64,000 bases of DNA from Stylophora pistillata. Taxonomy: Eukaryota. Below the pieces are notes generated by a model. It saw only the letters and a program-made list of their open reading frames with translations, was not told the DNA's origin and did not search any database. Of the stretch, positions 1 to 12,959 are shown one piece after another (position 1 is the stretch's first letter; each line of letters begins with the position of its first letter). The position numbers and the translations under genes are program-made. The stretch spans positions 256,552 to 320,551 of the forward strand of contig NW_019217914.1 of the NCBI RefSeq assembly GCF_002571385.2. The letters run 5' to 3'.

Positions 1-69
1 GTTGATGATCATTTCCTTGTTTCTCGTGACGTCAATGAGTGATTGAGCAGTATTCATCAAAGTATTTTA

Positions 70-363
70 TTTAAGATCCTTCTGATCACGTATGGGGCTG
101 TTCATGGGCTTGCACCTAATTATATACTAGAATCAATTAAGTTAAAGACCCCAGGAAGGTACAGATTATGATCTTGTAATGAAGATCTATTACTGGAATT
201 ACCAAAAGGAAAGAGGTACTCAACACTCGGTGACCGACCTTTTCAAACAGCTGCACCAAAACTTTGGAATGTTGTTCCATATTTTATTAGAAATTCAAAA
301 TTGTTGAATCTTTTAAAAAAATATTTAAAGACGTATTTACTTAAAGAAGCTTTTAGTTGTTAA
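70..363 (+). mobile_element. Degenerate 3' fragment of an L2/CR1-type LINE reverse transcriptase, inside a WDR47 intron
   Basis: Manual translation FKILLITYGAVHGLAPNYI...RYRL*...TLGDRPFQTAAPKLWNVVP...LKTYLLKEAF matches the typical L2-clade ORF2 C-terminus. One in-frame stop; an AT-rich tail follows. Confidence 0.8.
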
Positions 364-684
364 ATATTGAATTACATTAGATTAGATTATATATATTTTT
401 TGTACTTAAACTACACTTTTATACATTTTTAGATATTTTATTGACATATGTTTAGCATATATATTATTTCATTATTAGATTTTTTTCTTTTTCTATTTGT
501 TGTTGTTTTTTCTTCAGTTAGATTTTTGTAACATTTTATTTTCTGCACTGATGAAAATGTATATTGATATTAGTGCAATATAAGTTAATATTCTTAATAT
601 TGCTCTAAAAAGAAATTAGATGCTGGTCACTTTTAGGGTTTTAAAGATTGAAAGTGCTGAAAACTACAGTTACTGTATCGGTAC

Positions 685-3600
685 CTTTCTGAATGACACT
701 GTCAGGTTCTGTTTGGGTCATTTTTACTTCTGCTGGATGTAGATTACCACTTGGAGCTCTTGAGTTCTCTGCTCCTTAAAAGGAAAACCAATAATCACTA
801 ACAATGAAACAATGTTGTCAATGAACATTTCAAGCTGTAAATGTTTTCAACTTCAAAATGTATGCAAATTATTTCCCATTTCTTGAGAATAACCATAAAC
901 AAGGGGTACATGGAAGAGGAAACAAATGTGATTTGTAATGGACCATGATATTCTCTTCCAAATTATTTTAATTTGCTTGTGAAACAGAGGGAGACCTGCA
1001 TGTTGCATAAAAAGTCAACATGGGGTTAATTCTGTGTAACCCTTCAAAAAAATAATAATTCAATTGTCCAAACATTGAAGAAAGGAAATCAATGCATATC
1101 TTTTAAATACAGTGTGTACATACTTGAGTCCACTACAAATGTCATCCCACTTCTTTTAGGTTGTCCATTTTCTGTTGCTGCTCCCTCCTTCAAACCTTGT
1201 GACACTGCTTCTACCTTCACATTAGGGGACTGCATTTGGTGACTGGCAGGTGTGTTGCTCCCGATGTTGGCGGATTTAATCATCTCTGGTGTGGGCACAT
1301 TAGTACTGATACCCTCACCTTGAAATGGGATTATAATGTCCTTATTTTCCCCCATGGCCCCAATCTTGTGTGTACCACCACCCTGTGGCACCAAGGCTCG
1401 GCGCACACCATTGACTTTAGGTCCTCGTTTCATAGGGATCTGTTGATTGTGGGAGACACCGTTCTCCATGTCCTGCAAGATAAAAGATATCATATCATAG
1501 ATTTAGTTCTCCAAAACATAAAAAAAAAGGGTTTAACAATTGGTTCATGCTTTAGCGTGCACTATTGAGTTATGGAGCACGTGAGAAGTTTGGAGAGCAC
1601 GAAATAAGCGTAAGAGTTGCACGAGGCAATAGCCAAGGGTAACTCTATCTTCTTGAGTGCTCTCCAAACTTCCCACATGCTCCATAACTCGATAGTGCAC
1701 AGCTAAAAGCATGAACCAATTGTTTCATAACATAGCTGGTGGAATTGTGCATCAAATCCGACGCGAAAAACAGACAACAGTAGCAGAAGTCTCCTTTTCT
1801 GTTGTTTTTCTCTATTTTTGCCTTATTTAAGAACTCTAGCCCGAGGGAAAAGGTCGGAAAATTGTCTTTGTTTTGGGACTGGTGGGTTGAGTCTCTGTTT
1901 GTATCCATTATTGTTGCAAAATATATTATTTTCTCACGCTAACAATGGCTGCTCGCGCGAAAAAAAATTCTGGCAAAGCGATTTGCTCACGCTATCAGCG
2001 TACACTATCGGGATTTTGAGCACGCCTACATGCACTGAATTTAATTGCATGGCTCTGCTAGCTATGTTATAATAAAAATTAGTCCAGTTTATGTCAACAG
2101 CATAACATGGAATAGACAAAATAATTGTCTCCAACATAACAAAGGTATAGCAGTATTATAGTTCTGTCAAAAATCTCATGATTCAATATACAGCAAAGAG
2201 CTTACAACAATTCTAAGTCCATAATGAAATGAAGGAATTTTGATTGATCTATAGAGACCTGATAGAGAGTAAGCTGCCTCTTTATGTCAAACTAACATCA
2301 GAACCTTGAAAGCCACAAGAGAAAAAATAAAATTGCCTGTCTTGCATAGTAGAAGTCACGCTTGAAAAACAGCATTGAAAACATTAAAAATCACCGAATA
2401 AACAACAGCCACTTCAAAGACCTACTTTAGAGATAACCAGCGCTAAGGGCTGTTTTGATCCTGCACGAGTAATAAACGCAAATGTGTGTTCAAGATGACA
2501 AGAACTTAACTCCTGTAAATATAAAACCTGTTTAAGGATCCAACAACCAGCCAAGTGGATAGGTTTTAAGGATTAACAAATGCCTCAGTGGATGTGACTG
2601 ATCAAACCCCCTGTACTCACTGGTACCTGTGTAACTTTCCTTCAAAGCAGAGGTATGACAGAGTGCAGTTTTAGATTAAAAACACTGGGATAGAGTGATT
2701 ATCTCTTCACAGGTACCAGTAATTCAATCAAGAAAGGCAATCAAAATAAATAATTATGGAGGTACACATTTCTTGATCTATAAACCCCAAAATTATGCTA
2801 GTGCATTTCCTTTACATCTTATGGTTCCTACTTGAAAAGGTTCTTTGAGAAAATAGCAATCATTTTTTACACAGATCAAATACCAAAATCAGAATGTAAC
2901 CAGAGAAAACCAGAACAGTTTGTATGTTGAGAAAATTGAAATGGACAAATAGATGAGACCTATAAGCTATTCTTAAAATCACACTTGGAAGTTAATGGCA
3001 CTAGTCTTTTCTGGATAAATGCAAACTTCAAAACAATTATACACTGGAAAAAATATAGGTCAGATGGGAAGAACAGAGCAGCAATATGTTTGGCAAAGCT
3101 TGCAGACACAACTACATGTTAACCAGTAACTGAGACAAGTGACAACAAATGAACTGTGAAAACCTTTAAGAACCATGAGAAAAACTATTTACAAAGGTCA
3201 CAACACTCTCTATTGTTTCTCCACCATGAAAAACCCGATAATTTAACTTACTTTGAAGATGAAGACAGGCATTCTATTCACTGAGCAACTACCTAGAGTG
3301 CAAGTTAGACAGTGGCTAAATTCAGACCTTACACACTATCCAAAGTTTGGTAGGTGTTAAAAATTAAATGAAAATAGAAATGATGTCATTGAAGGAAAAG
3401 GCAGGTGTGAAGGGTAGTGAGTTCATATCTTGTTGAGCAACCACTTAGAACAGTTGGTTAGCGACATTTTGAGGGTTTTATTGTCTTCAAATAAAAAAAA
3501 AGGACCATCTCATCTTTACCAAATACATGTACTCACCATGCAAAAATGTTTTTACTCTAGGATTGTCAAAAAGATTGAATTAAGCGGTTGGAACTGACTG

Positions 3601-6600
3601 CAATTTTAATAAACATATGAATCACAAATTAAAACAAACCTTTTTTTTGCAGTAAATTCTAACTTTTAACTTGTTCATAACATAGTCAAAATAGTCATAT
3701 TTAACCCTCTTACACAGTGCTCAGTAATCTGGACCATTGCAAATAACACTGTAGAAATCTAACTACATTAATAAGCAGATCCAACTAGGACCAACTCCCT
3801 CCTGTTTACCTTTCCTTTTTCAAAATACAAATACATAATTAAACAAAAATTTATATAGCCATTGCCAATACAATGCAGTATCTTCAAAGTTTCAATGATA
3901 CACTTTCAAACAAAGGTAAATGTAAAATGATAAAGAAGAGGCCATGCAACATGGAGTATTCTCTTTTTGGAAACAAAACAGAATCAATTAGATTTTAAGA
4001 AAGCATTGATACTAACGTTCAGATGCAGTTGAAATTAAGAGAATGACAAGAAATCAAAATAGCAAGTGAACAATTAAGTTAAAACACTAGACATACAGTG
4101 TGATCTGAAACACCTGCAGCCTTTCATATCTGGTCTAATATGCCAGTCAGAAAACGAACATTGGCTGTTAATGTGAAGACAACATTTGCCTGCAACCACC
4201 AAAATTTTTTAAGGTCTTTACTTTCTTGTGCCAATGGACAGCAGCTGTTTAGTTGAACTTCACAGGGATTACTGATCTCAAATATGAGACAAAGAACATT
4301 GTATTAAGACATCTTTAGATAAATTTGAGTGGTAACATACCATTACTGTGTCAGCAGCTAATACAGGGAGCATGGGTGATTCTGTTCTTTTGCATTCCGC
4401 AACAAATTTAGGTGTTTCCTTGACATAACCAAGAGGAATGCCACATGGGGGTGTGGAACCATCTACATGCAGGATAGGGGATGCAAGTGGTGCTGTAGTA
4501 GATGATAATCCCTGCCTAGTGGACTTGGGTGTACTGAAATGACAAAACATTACAGAAAATAAAACAGAGATATGAAGCAGCACTTGCTCACTGATGCATA
4601 TGTAACAGTTATTCCAGAATGCTTGTCAGTATTAAAAGATTACTCAAATCCCAGATATAAATACAGAGCTCCAACATGTAAACCCAACTTTTGTGTTTTA
4701 TAAATGCTGCTAAAAAATTCAATTTAATAACAACACTGCACTTGGTTAGAAGGCTAAAAGGCCATTTACCTGGTGTTTAAAACTCCTGAACCATCAGCTA
4801 GGGCAACCCAGTGACCTGTTCCGAAAGGTGGATGTCCATTTAATACTGGAGTGTTAGGAAATGTTTGCTCTGCTGGTGTAATTGGTATTCCATCATAGGT
4901 AGTAGGATTCCCCTTCATATCTGCCAAGGTTAAATCCTCTGGTTTATGCTTTGGTTTTGTAGCAGGAGTTGATGTCATGACTTGAGTGACTGAAAAACCA
5001 CTTGCATCACTTTTCTCATGACTTAGAAATGGCCTTACACCCTCAGGTATTTGACAGCTGCCTTGAGCCCATGGCAGGTAATCCTCACTGTTAACATGAT
5101 TCAGATTTCCTTCTGATGGACCACGAATTAATGCCTTACCATTTGGTTGATGACTCGTACTTACTTGCACTGAGCTCTGTGGATAACTTTGAAAACCCAT
5201 ATCATTGGATAAGAGTTTGTTGCGAGAGCCATTGGAAGAATCGCTGGATTCTGGTCTTTCATTAAGCAGCTGAGATGTTATACTATCAGTTCCATCAGGT
5301 TTTTTATTAGCAGTCTCTCTCAAAGACAGTTCTAGAAGTTGCTGTTCAAGATCTTGCTTCTGCCTCTCATAGGCTTCAAGCTGCTTCAAAACATTTTGTT
5401 GTTGCTGCTCCTTCAGTGCATGAATAGTCCCAGGATCACCACTTGAGTCTGTACCATTAGCAACTAAGTGTTGAGAGAGCTCCTGCCCATGTTCAACATG
5501 ATTCGTATCATCATCTGGGATATCAGTTTCCGCCAAAACTTTTTCTTCACCCTCAAGTCTAGAGTCTAATCTACTTTTAGAGAGGCCAATATTTCCTGCA
5601 TTATTCAACGGCTCATTTTCTGAAGAGCCTTTGTAGTGAAACTCATTATATGATTGTGAAATTCCTCTGAGAGGTTTGTTAGAATGTGGTCGGTTTTCAG
5701 ATAATGTTCCCCTGTTTCCTTCTGTTTCCAACCTCGACGGGTGTGAAGCCATATCTGCTGTGGCTGGCCTCCCTGAGAGAGACAAACTCCTTGAAATAAT
5801 TTCAGCATCATCTCTTTTAGGAGATTTGTGATATAAGAAACCAGGTGTGTGTTTTCCTTTCTTCAAGTCCACTTCTAAACTTACTGGTTCAAAGGGTGTG
5901 ATGAATGCATCTTGAGAGAGATTTCTGAGCCAAGACAAGAAATTTCCAGAACTCTCTTGTGATGGCCCATTTAAAATATTGTCTCCAACGCAAACATCAA
6001 GCTCCCCTGAGAGATTTCCATTAATTGCTCTCATCTGACAATAATCCACACAACTCTCGAAACACAATCCCTTGATTAATAAGTGCAATAACCTGTCTCT
6101 AATTGGAATCAACGGTTTTGGAAATTTCCCATTTACACCTTTTTTCTCGATGGGAATGACCTTCCGCAATAAATCAAGAATATGATCAAAGCAACTTATC
6201 CTTGCAGTTGTGGGGTTCCAGTCGCGATATTCCGGTTGTTCAGATAAATTAGGAACAGTCAATAGCCAACATAGTTTGCTGTATTCAGCTTTGTTTGGGC
6301 AGTCTTCTTCCAGTTGATTCAGACACTTTATTAAATCCTCAATCGAGTAGCTTGTTGAATTTCCACCAAAACCCGACTTGAAGTACAACACTTCCATAAA
6401 CTTCTGCTTCAAAACAAGATAACGGAACTGTTTTGAATCAAACTCGTTGATGCCTTCAAATGGCTGAGCAAAGATCAATATGGCCTCCCACTCGCCGTCG
6501 AGAACAAGGTCTCTCAAAAACAGAATGTCATCTGAGAAACCACAGTTAACGATTCCAGATTCTTTCTCCAGACTTCTCATGGAGTTATGAAGCTTTCTGG

Positions 6601-6766
6601 AGTCCAAGAAATCGAGGACAAGCCTGATAACTTGATTATCCTCCACCACTACGTTGGTATTTAACATCTTTCGTACCTCACTTGAGAGATGGCTAGTTTT
6701 GCTTCGAAGTGCCTGTACTCTAGCTACCGTCTGGGCCTCGTTTGTTTTTAAATCGTCCTGCACCAT
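685..6766 (-). CDS. WDR47: WD repeat-containing protein 47 (LisH/CTLH N-terminus and low-complexity linker; the WD40 exons lie beyond the left edge)
   Basis: VIRLVLDFLDSRKLHNSMRSLEKESG...FSDDILFLRDLVLDGEWE...YSKLCWLLTVP...DWNPTTARISCF...LIKGLCFESCVDYCQ closely matches the vertebrate WDR47 N-terminus. Frame-consistent GT-AG exons: 6766 (or 6667)-4770, 4533-4341, 1472-1124, 774-685. Confidence 0.92.
1535..2072. mobile_element. Non-autonomous element with two adjacent inverted-repeat pairs (A-a-B-b)
   Basis: 1535-1598 is an imperfect inverted repeat of 1656-1724. cataacatagct (1726-1737) is inverted against agctatgttata (2060-2071). Confidence 0.7.
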
Positions 6767-7349
6767 ATGCCGATACAATGCTCATTTTTGTAAGGTTCCT
6801 TCTCCCACAGCCAATAACTTCAATGCCTCCCTCGACAGAAACCGTCTTTTCATTATTTCTAAACGTGGTTTGTAAATAATGCATCGCGCCAAAAACAAGA
6901 CAGACGCATGCGCAGAAATAAGTACGCTTAGCCGGCTCAGCGGAAACAGCTTACGAGGGTTTAATTTTAATAGAGCTCAATCTGTCATCTACTTCCGGTT
7001 GTATAGTTGCCAGTACGTAATTGGAAAAGATTAGTAAAGCCAAGACAGAAAGTGATTAGGACATTTGAGTCACTTTTTTAATATTTGTAAGGGGCAAAAC
7101 TTCTCAATTCAATTGATTTGAGCTCTTAGCCATAATTAGGAACTTAATAGTTGTTTATTTCCAAATCTTCATCCTGATTGGCTCCTTTTCTCTTTTATCA
7201 ATGAATTAATAATAAAGTTATGGGGGTTTCAACAGCATGCAACTGGATTAATGAAATGGGACACTTAATTCATTAACCATGTTAATCAAGTACACCTGGG
7301 TTTTTTTCATTTCCCAAATGTTGATCATTAAAAACAGATTCTGTAGATT

Positions 7350-7532
7350 CTTAACTCCCAAGTGTGACCAATCATGAATTTCCACACATTTCCAAGCAGA
7401 AAGATGATAGGGTAAAAAAAATGACCAATTAGGAAGAAATTGTTTGATTGACCACCAAATTCCCAGGACTAAATCATAGGTGATGAACAGTATTGATAAT
7501 CACTGTTTAGATCCTACTAATGAATGGGTTAA
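7350..7532. repeat. ~190 bp dispersed MITE-like repeat (ttaacccttt...aagggttaa family)
   Basis: Related copies at about 12241-12427, 37043-37222, 42745-43145, 48480-48680 and 63157-63350 share the termini and internal motifs (aatttctcct, ccaaattctc). Confidence 0.6.
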
Positions 7533-7737
7533 TGTGACACAGTGAGTATTCTCAAATCTGGATAAAAGGTGTTGGTTTGAGCCTTAGACAGGGTTACTGT
7601 GCTGCGTTGTAGGCTGCAGATTTTACCCTCATGGTGTCCCTTCACAATCAAGAAAATAAATAAGTGGGCATAAATTGCAAGGGTAACCTGCCATGGACTA
7701 ACATCCTGTTTTAAGGGGGAGGGGGTTACAATACTCC

Positions 7738-8092
7738 TACTGTCAAACCTGTGTTAAGCTGTCACCCTGTATTACACGGTCAACAGAAATCTTTTCCATT
7801 TCTAATTTTCACCTCTATTAATTAAGCAGTCACTTTAAGGAGGACCACTCAAATAAAACCAAGAATAACCTTTTGTGTAAAATTTAATACATATCATTGC
7901 CCAAAATCAATATTGATAGCATTATTGAGTGAATATTTGTACATTAAGTGGTCAATTATGGCTTAAAATGACATTAAGTATCATTTTTTTTATTACCACT
8001 ATTCTGTTGAACCTGTATGATGTGGTCTACCTATGTTTTGTGGTCACCCCTCCATGCCCCTCTGTTTACCACTTGATACAGGTTTGACTGTA
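7738..8092. mobile_element. Tc1/mariner-type MITE
   Basis: Ends tactgtcaaacctgt ... acaggtttgactgta form a TIR with TA flanks. A similar-class element lies at about 41523-41713 (tacagtggaacctc...ctgta). Confidence 0.55.
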
Positions 8093-8289
8093 TTTCCTTG
8101 GTGCAATAGAAACCAATGTAAGCTCCAGCTTCTAAGCAAGTTAGTCTAGCATGCAGGGATCACCTTACCCAACATCTATTATTCTACTTAGAAACCAACT
8201 ACATGTGTTTGATTCAAAACCAGCAACCTCAACTGTTTATTATAAATTTTTGGACACTTAAATATTCAAACAGAACACACAATAAACAT

Positions 8290-11200
8290 TCATTTAAGTA
8301 TTTCACAATCACTGTCATCATCATCTGAGAGCACAATGGAGATAACTGTCCTTTCAGAAGTTTTTTGTTTCTTGATGGGAGAGTTTCTCCCGGTCCTATT
8401 CAAAGATGATAGCAATCTTTTTGATGCCTTCGCTTCAATACCAGACTGACCACTATTGATAATTTTCTCAGGAGAGCTGCTTATCAAAGAAACAGAAAGT
8501 TCATCCTTTTCACCTTTTGGTAATCTTTCATTATCATCAAGATTTGATTTATTGTCTATGGCCTCTAGGACATTACAAGAGGAAGATGGCTGACTTCCTG
8601 GGACTTCCAAAGTTGCTTTGCGGAAACTTTTCAGTGGCCTATCAAAATCAAGTGATCCATTCTCTGCTTTCCTCTTCTTGGGGCTTAGTGATAAAATCCT
8701 TTGACCTTTAGGTGATATAGGTTTAATATTGACAGTAAGAGGTGATAAAGTAAAGTTTACACCTTTTCTTTCCCTAGATAGAGAGGACTTTGGTGCATCA
8801 TCATGAGAACTATTTTCCTTTGGATATTTTCCAGCAATAACTTCTCTGTTGTCAACATCAGAATGAAAAGAAGATCCAGTAACTTTGCTAATCACATCTT
8901 GTGTCTTATCATCAAAATCATTGAGAGAAGACTTTGTCTCTTGCACTGAAGAATCTTCTGTGCTTGAGATTACTCTACTTGGGAGAGTATTGGTCTCTTG
9001 GGATTCAGATGAGGTCTCTACTAGTCCAGTTGCCAGGTCTTTCTCAGTTACAGTGATAACATCAGAACCTGATTTCACACTGGAAGGAGAAGACTTTGTC
9101 TCTTGCAGTGAAGAATCATCAATGCTTGATATTTCACAACTTGGGGATGTACTGGTCTCTTGGGATCCAGGTGAAGTCTCTACTGGTTTAGCTTTCAGTT
9201 CCTCCTCATGAACAGTGATAACATTAACACCTGATTTCACACTAGAAGAAGACTTTGTCTCTTGCAATGAAGAATCACCCATACTTGGTATTTCATGACC
9301 TGGTGAAGTATTGGTCTCTTGGGATTCAGGAGAAGTCTCTACAGGTTCAGAGTATGATGTCATACTGGAATTCTCTTGTAATAATGAGTCATTGACACTT
9401 GACATCACACGACATAGGGAATTAGAGTTAGAAGAAGTCTCTACTGGTTTGATTGTCAGATATTCATTACTTGCAGTGACCATATTAGAATCTGATTTCA
9501 TACTGGAATCATCAAGTTGCTGATCTGTGGATACTGCACTATTCTTCATCCTTTCCCTGACGATAACAATGGGCTGATCTTTGACTAATACAGCTGATGT
9601 ATTCTCTTTCTCACTGCTACCTGTTTGCTCCAAAATTTCAGGGTTGGGGGACTGAGGGACACAGTCCATGTCCTCGATACTTATGTGTTCTGCACAAATT
9701 TCATTGCCTTCAGACAGAACTGAGGTACCGGTAGGTAACCCAACAATAGCAGAGTTCTCCCTCAGATTTCTATCACTTGATTGCAATAAAGTATTGTTTT
9801 CCTTATCACATTTAGTCTCACTTTTTGTGTCTTCCTTCTTTCCACTCAGTTGATGAGGAGGCTTTATTGCATAGTCTTCCAAGTCAATTTCATTAGCATC
9901 AAACCAGTCCTTGCTTCCAATCTTGTTGGTGTTATCATTTATGTCTTCTCTCAAGCCAAAGTCATTGCATTCATTTTCACTAGAATCTGTTGATTGTGTG
10001 ACAGAAATGCGAGAGAATTTCTTTTTCATTGTGACTCTGACACTCTTCTCAGGTCTTTCCTCCTCAATATCACTGCTGCTTGAGTTGCCACTGCCACCAT
10101 GAGCTTTTATCCGTCCATAGCAGGTAAACTTGGAGAAAACTTCATCCAGATTCTTTTTGTTGATCTTCTTGTTTTCTTCCAACTTCTTGCGAAGTACCGA
10201 GTCATTTATTGCAGGGTCATTGCTGGCATTATACTCATCTGTGAGGTGGCATCCAAAATTGAAATTAAAATCTCTCTTCCGTCTCTTTTGCAGACTGTTA
10301 CCTATACACATGAACACTTCGTCACTGATCTCACTGAGAACTTGCCCTGACAGTTTCAAACCATACTTTTTATTTGCTTCTTGTACTACATTACTGATGT
10401 CAAACTTATCAGGAAAACGACCTTTCATATTCTTTAAGAACTTTTTGATAGCTTGGTCTATCCCTGCTATGCCTGTGGTTGGGCACTTGACTTCTTTCTC
10501 GGTAACCCTTCCTGTGTTGGGGGGTTTGCCCTGTACTCTACAGATCTTGTCCCAGATGCGATTAAATTTGTCTTTCAGACGACATTCTTGAATATACGTA
10601 CTGTCGTTCATTTCCATTTCATCCAAACTCAGCTCTGCTTGACTTAAAATCTTAATTTTCTCAGCCAGGTTATGAAGCTTCAATTCCAATCTTTTAACAA
10701 GCCTCTTTCGTTTTCGAGGGGTAATCATCCGTTTCGATGGACTCGCGATTTCGTTTGGTCTTTTCTTTTCATGAATCCGTCCATTAACAATACCACTTGG
10801 AGGACGTTGAACAGAGCTTGTGCTGCTCGTCGAGGGGACAGCAGCCTGTGGATGTTTTTCCTTCTTATCCGACGTGTGATCGTCTGGTCCATCATCTACT
10901 ATTGTCTGTATCACTCTATTTACGTCTCCTTCCACGCGAGTGAAGTGACTCACGACTTGTCCATTTCCCACGAACTGTACATCATTTGCTTTTTCGTCAA
11001 CATCCAATTCCACTTTGCTATTATCTACCTTTGAATCTGATAAGAGAAGCTTACAAATATCTCCAGTGTAAATGTAGCCATTTGACTTATTCATTTCTCT
11101 CGTTCTCCATTTCAGCGCATTTTTGAATTTCGCGGATGACACGAACTCGGACCGAGCCTCCGTGAACTTCAGCTTCAAGAAAAGCACTACATTGTTTTGC

Positions 11201-11325
11201 TCCACAAATCGCTCGACTTTGGAAACAAATTCTCCGAAAAGTCCCTCGACGTTTTCATTTTCGTCTTCATCACTAGAGCTGACTATTATCGTCACGTTTT
11301 CAGAGGAAATCGGGCCATCCGCCAT
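8290..11325 (-). CDS. DAXX: Death domain-associated protein 6 (histone H3.3 chaperone), single coding exon, ~1011 aa
   Basis: N-terminal SIM (TIIVSSSDED); helical bundle (FVSSAKFKNAL...YIYTGDICKLL); histone-binding domain (RLELKLHNLAEKIKILSQAELSLDEMEMNDSTYIQECRLK; LQKRRKRDFNFNFGCHLTD); C-terminal SIM (ISIVLSDDDDSD). First ATG at 11325; AATAAA on the minus strand at ~8236-8241. Confidence 0.92.
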   Translation of the reverse strand: MADGPISSENVTIIVSSSDEDENENVEGLFGEFVSKVERFVEQNNVVLFLKLKFTEARSEFVSSAKFKNALKWRTREMNKSNGYIYTGDICKLLLSDSKVDNSKVELDVDEKANDVQFVGNGQVVSHFTRVEGDVNRVIQTIVDDGPDDHTSDKKEKHPQAAVPSTSSTSSVQRPPSGIVNGRIHEKKRPNEIASPSKRMITPRKRKRLVKRLELKLHNLAEKIKILSQAELSLDEMEMNDSTYIQECRLKDKFNRIWDKICRVQGKPPNTGRVTEKEVKCPTTGIAGIDQAIKKFLKNMKGRFPDKFDISNVVQEANKKYGLKLSGQVLSEISDEVFMCIGNSLQKRRKRDFNFNFGCHLTDEYNASNDPAINDSVLRKKLEENKKINKKNLDEVFSKFTCYGRIKAHGGSGNSSSSDIEEERPEKSVRVTMKKKFSRISVTQSTDSSENECNDFGLREDINDNTNKIGSKDWFDANEIDLEDYAIKPPHQLSGKKEDTKSETKCDKENNTLLQSSDRNLRENSAIVGLPTGTSVLSEGNEICAEHISIEDMDCVPQSPNPEILEQTGSSEKENTSAVLVKDQPIVIVRERMKNSAVSTDQQLDDSSMKSDSNMVTASNEYLTIKPVETSSNSNSLCRVMSSVNDSLLQENSSMTSYSEPVETSPESQETNTSPGHEIPSMGDSSLQETKSSSSVKSGVNVITVHEEELKAKPVETSPGSQETSTSPSCEISSIDDSSLQETKSSPSSVKSGSDVITVTEKDLATGLVETSSESQETNTLPSRVISSTEDSSVQETKSSLNDFDDKTQDVISKVTGSSFHSDVDNREVIAGKYPKENSSHDDAPKSSLSRERKGVNFTLSPLTVNIKPISPKGQRILSLSPKKRKAENGSLDFDRPLKSFRKATLEVPGSQPSSSCNVLEAIDNKSNLDDNERLPKGEKDELSVSLISSSPEKIINSGQSGIEAKASKRLLSSLNRTGRNSPIKKQKTSERTVISIVLSDDDDSDCEILK
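8925..9450 (-). repeat. Coding tandem repeat in DAXX: ~160 bp (53-54 aa) x3 plus a degenerate fourth unit
   Basis: gaagactttgtctcttgca recurs at ~8927, ~9089 and ~9248. Peptide unit is PVETSxxSQETxTSPxxEIxSxxDSSLQETKSS. Confidence 0.85.
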
Positions 11326-11480
11326 GTTTAACTCACGCTCGAAAGAAAATGACGTACATGAAGTACTGTCACGCAGGTTGCATGTCGAATGCGCAGAAAT
11401 CACTCCTTATTAGTTCATAGTGACCAATTAAGGTAATAGTCGTGACCACAGATCTCCAAATATGGAAATAAAAAGATCTG

Positions 11481-11513
<33 letters not shown>

Positions 11514-12019
11514 TCTTTATTACCTTGTCAATGTATTTAGCTCATAGAGCTAATTGGGGACACCTACTTTACTAAATTAATAAAAAAAAACTATGTACAG
11601 TATCATAATAGGTAACAATACAGCTGATAAACTATGCATTAAAATTTTAAAATATTTAGAAATATCAACAGTGTTCAGATAACATAAAAATACTTGTACC
11701 ATGCAGATAATTAAAATGCAAAGATTGCAGCAATTGCCACTGTCTTCCACTAGGCTGACCAGGTCAACTCTACGGATTCTAGTTTTAAAGATACTAAGGC
11801 TTGGTAGTTCACGCATACCATTTTCTAATGTGGAAAGGACCAATATATTTGGAAGGACCAAATATATGGTCCTTGATACCTTAGTGTGTGTTTACCATAG
11901 CGTATAGTGTTAAATCGTGGTATTTCAAAGTCACTATTCCTAAGGTTATAACGAGTACCCTTTCGAGTAAATATCTCAGATATGTAGCTGGGTACTAGAT
12001 CGTTCTTTACTTTATACAT
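11481..12019 (-). mobile_element. 5'-truncated LINE (CR1/L2-like) 3' end with (TTA)n tail, just upstream of the DAXX start
   Basis: MYKVKNDLVPSYISEIF...YNLRNSDFEIPRFNTIRYGKHTLRYQGPYIWS...LPSLSIFKTRIRRVDL is a typical RT C-terminus. The (aat)n run at 11481-11510 is the tail. Confidence 0.82.
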
Positions 12020-12959
12020 TTTTGAATTTTTGAATTTTTTGAGTCTTGTAATTGGCCGATTTAAAATCTATGCACTAAAGTTATATGTGCAACGATATTC
12101 AAACCAAATTTAATCAAATTATCTCTTTGGAATTTGTCACCTCACTCCACTGTGTACCACCTGCCACACATGCACAGTCGACATGTGCTGTATATAGGTG
12201 GGTAAGGGACATGGGATGTCTGTTTTCTTTTGATCACTTGTTAACCCTTTAATTCCCATGATCAAAACAACATTTCTCCTAACAAGATCCAGCCTACAAA
12301 GAAAAATATAAATTAGGGAATTTCTAGTTGATCCAAAACCAAATTCTCTGAACAAATATCAAAAGAATTGTATGGCAGACAGTACGGAGAATGTTACTGA
12401 TAAGATCTTGGGAGTGATAGGATTAAATGAAAAAACATACATATTGCATCTTTTGGCCCAGTTGTAACAGGTGCCCTTCTGTGTATTCAAAAATAAATCC
12501 TCCCGGTCTCCCAGTTAGAGCACCAAATCTCCCGGGAAATACCTAACGTGACGTTTTTCAATTTTTTTTCAATAATTCAGTTGTTTTCGAGATGTCAAAA
12601 AGGATTTAGTGCTCTTATTTAAGCTGTTCTCGATTGGAAAAAGTAAAACAGAGCAATCAAATTGATATACATTAAACGAGTACTGTAATTGGTCAGAAAT
12701 CAACCAGTCAAATTGCACAATACATGACGGAAATTTGGCACTGTTAAGGTTGTCACATGCGTTTTACATCCGTCGAATTGAGACATCTCCAGACTTTTGT
12801 ACTCTGGGGGTTGGCAGATATGCTTACGTTCTTATTCCATGTTGCTGTGTACAACAGTTTTAGACTTAATTGTTACAATTTTGGTGCCCTATGTGATTTA
12901 TTACAGAACATATGTATACAGCAACAACAACTCGTTTTTAATGCTATATTTTTAACTTT

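Noticed and set aside
2619-2720. 13 bp inverted repeat (actggtacctgtg/cacaggtaccagt) in a WDR47 intron as a possible snoRNA or pre-miRNA
   Set aside because: No convincing C/D or H/ACA boxes, and the interior pairs poorly.
6767-6778. ORF-track start of WDR47 at 6778 (and of DAXX at 11403)
   Set aside because: These are TTG/GTG starts, not expected in a eukaryote. ATGs at 6766 or 6667 and at 11325 were used instead.
8517-11413. Numerous plus-strand ORFs overlapping DAXX
   Set aside because: Antisense shadows of a long coding exon; many start at non-ATG codons and none has a recognisable domain.
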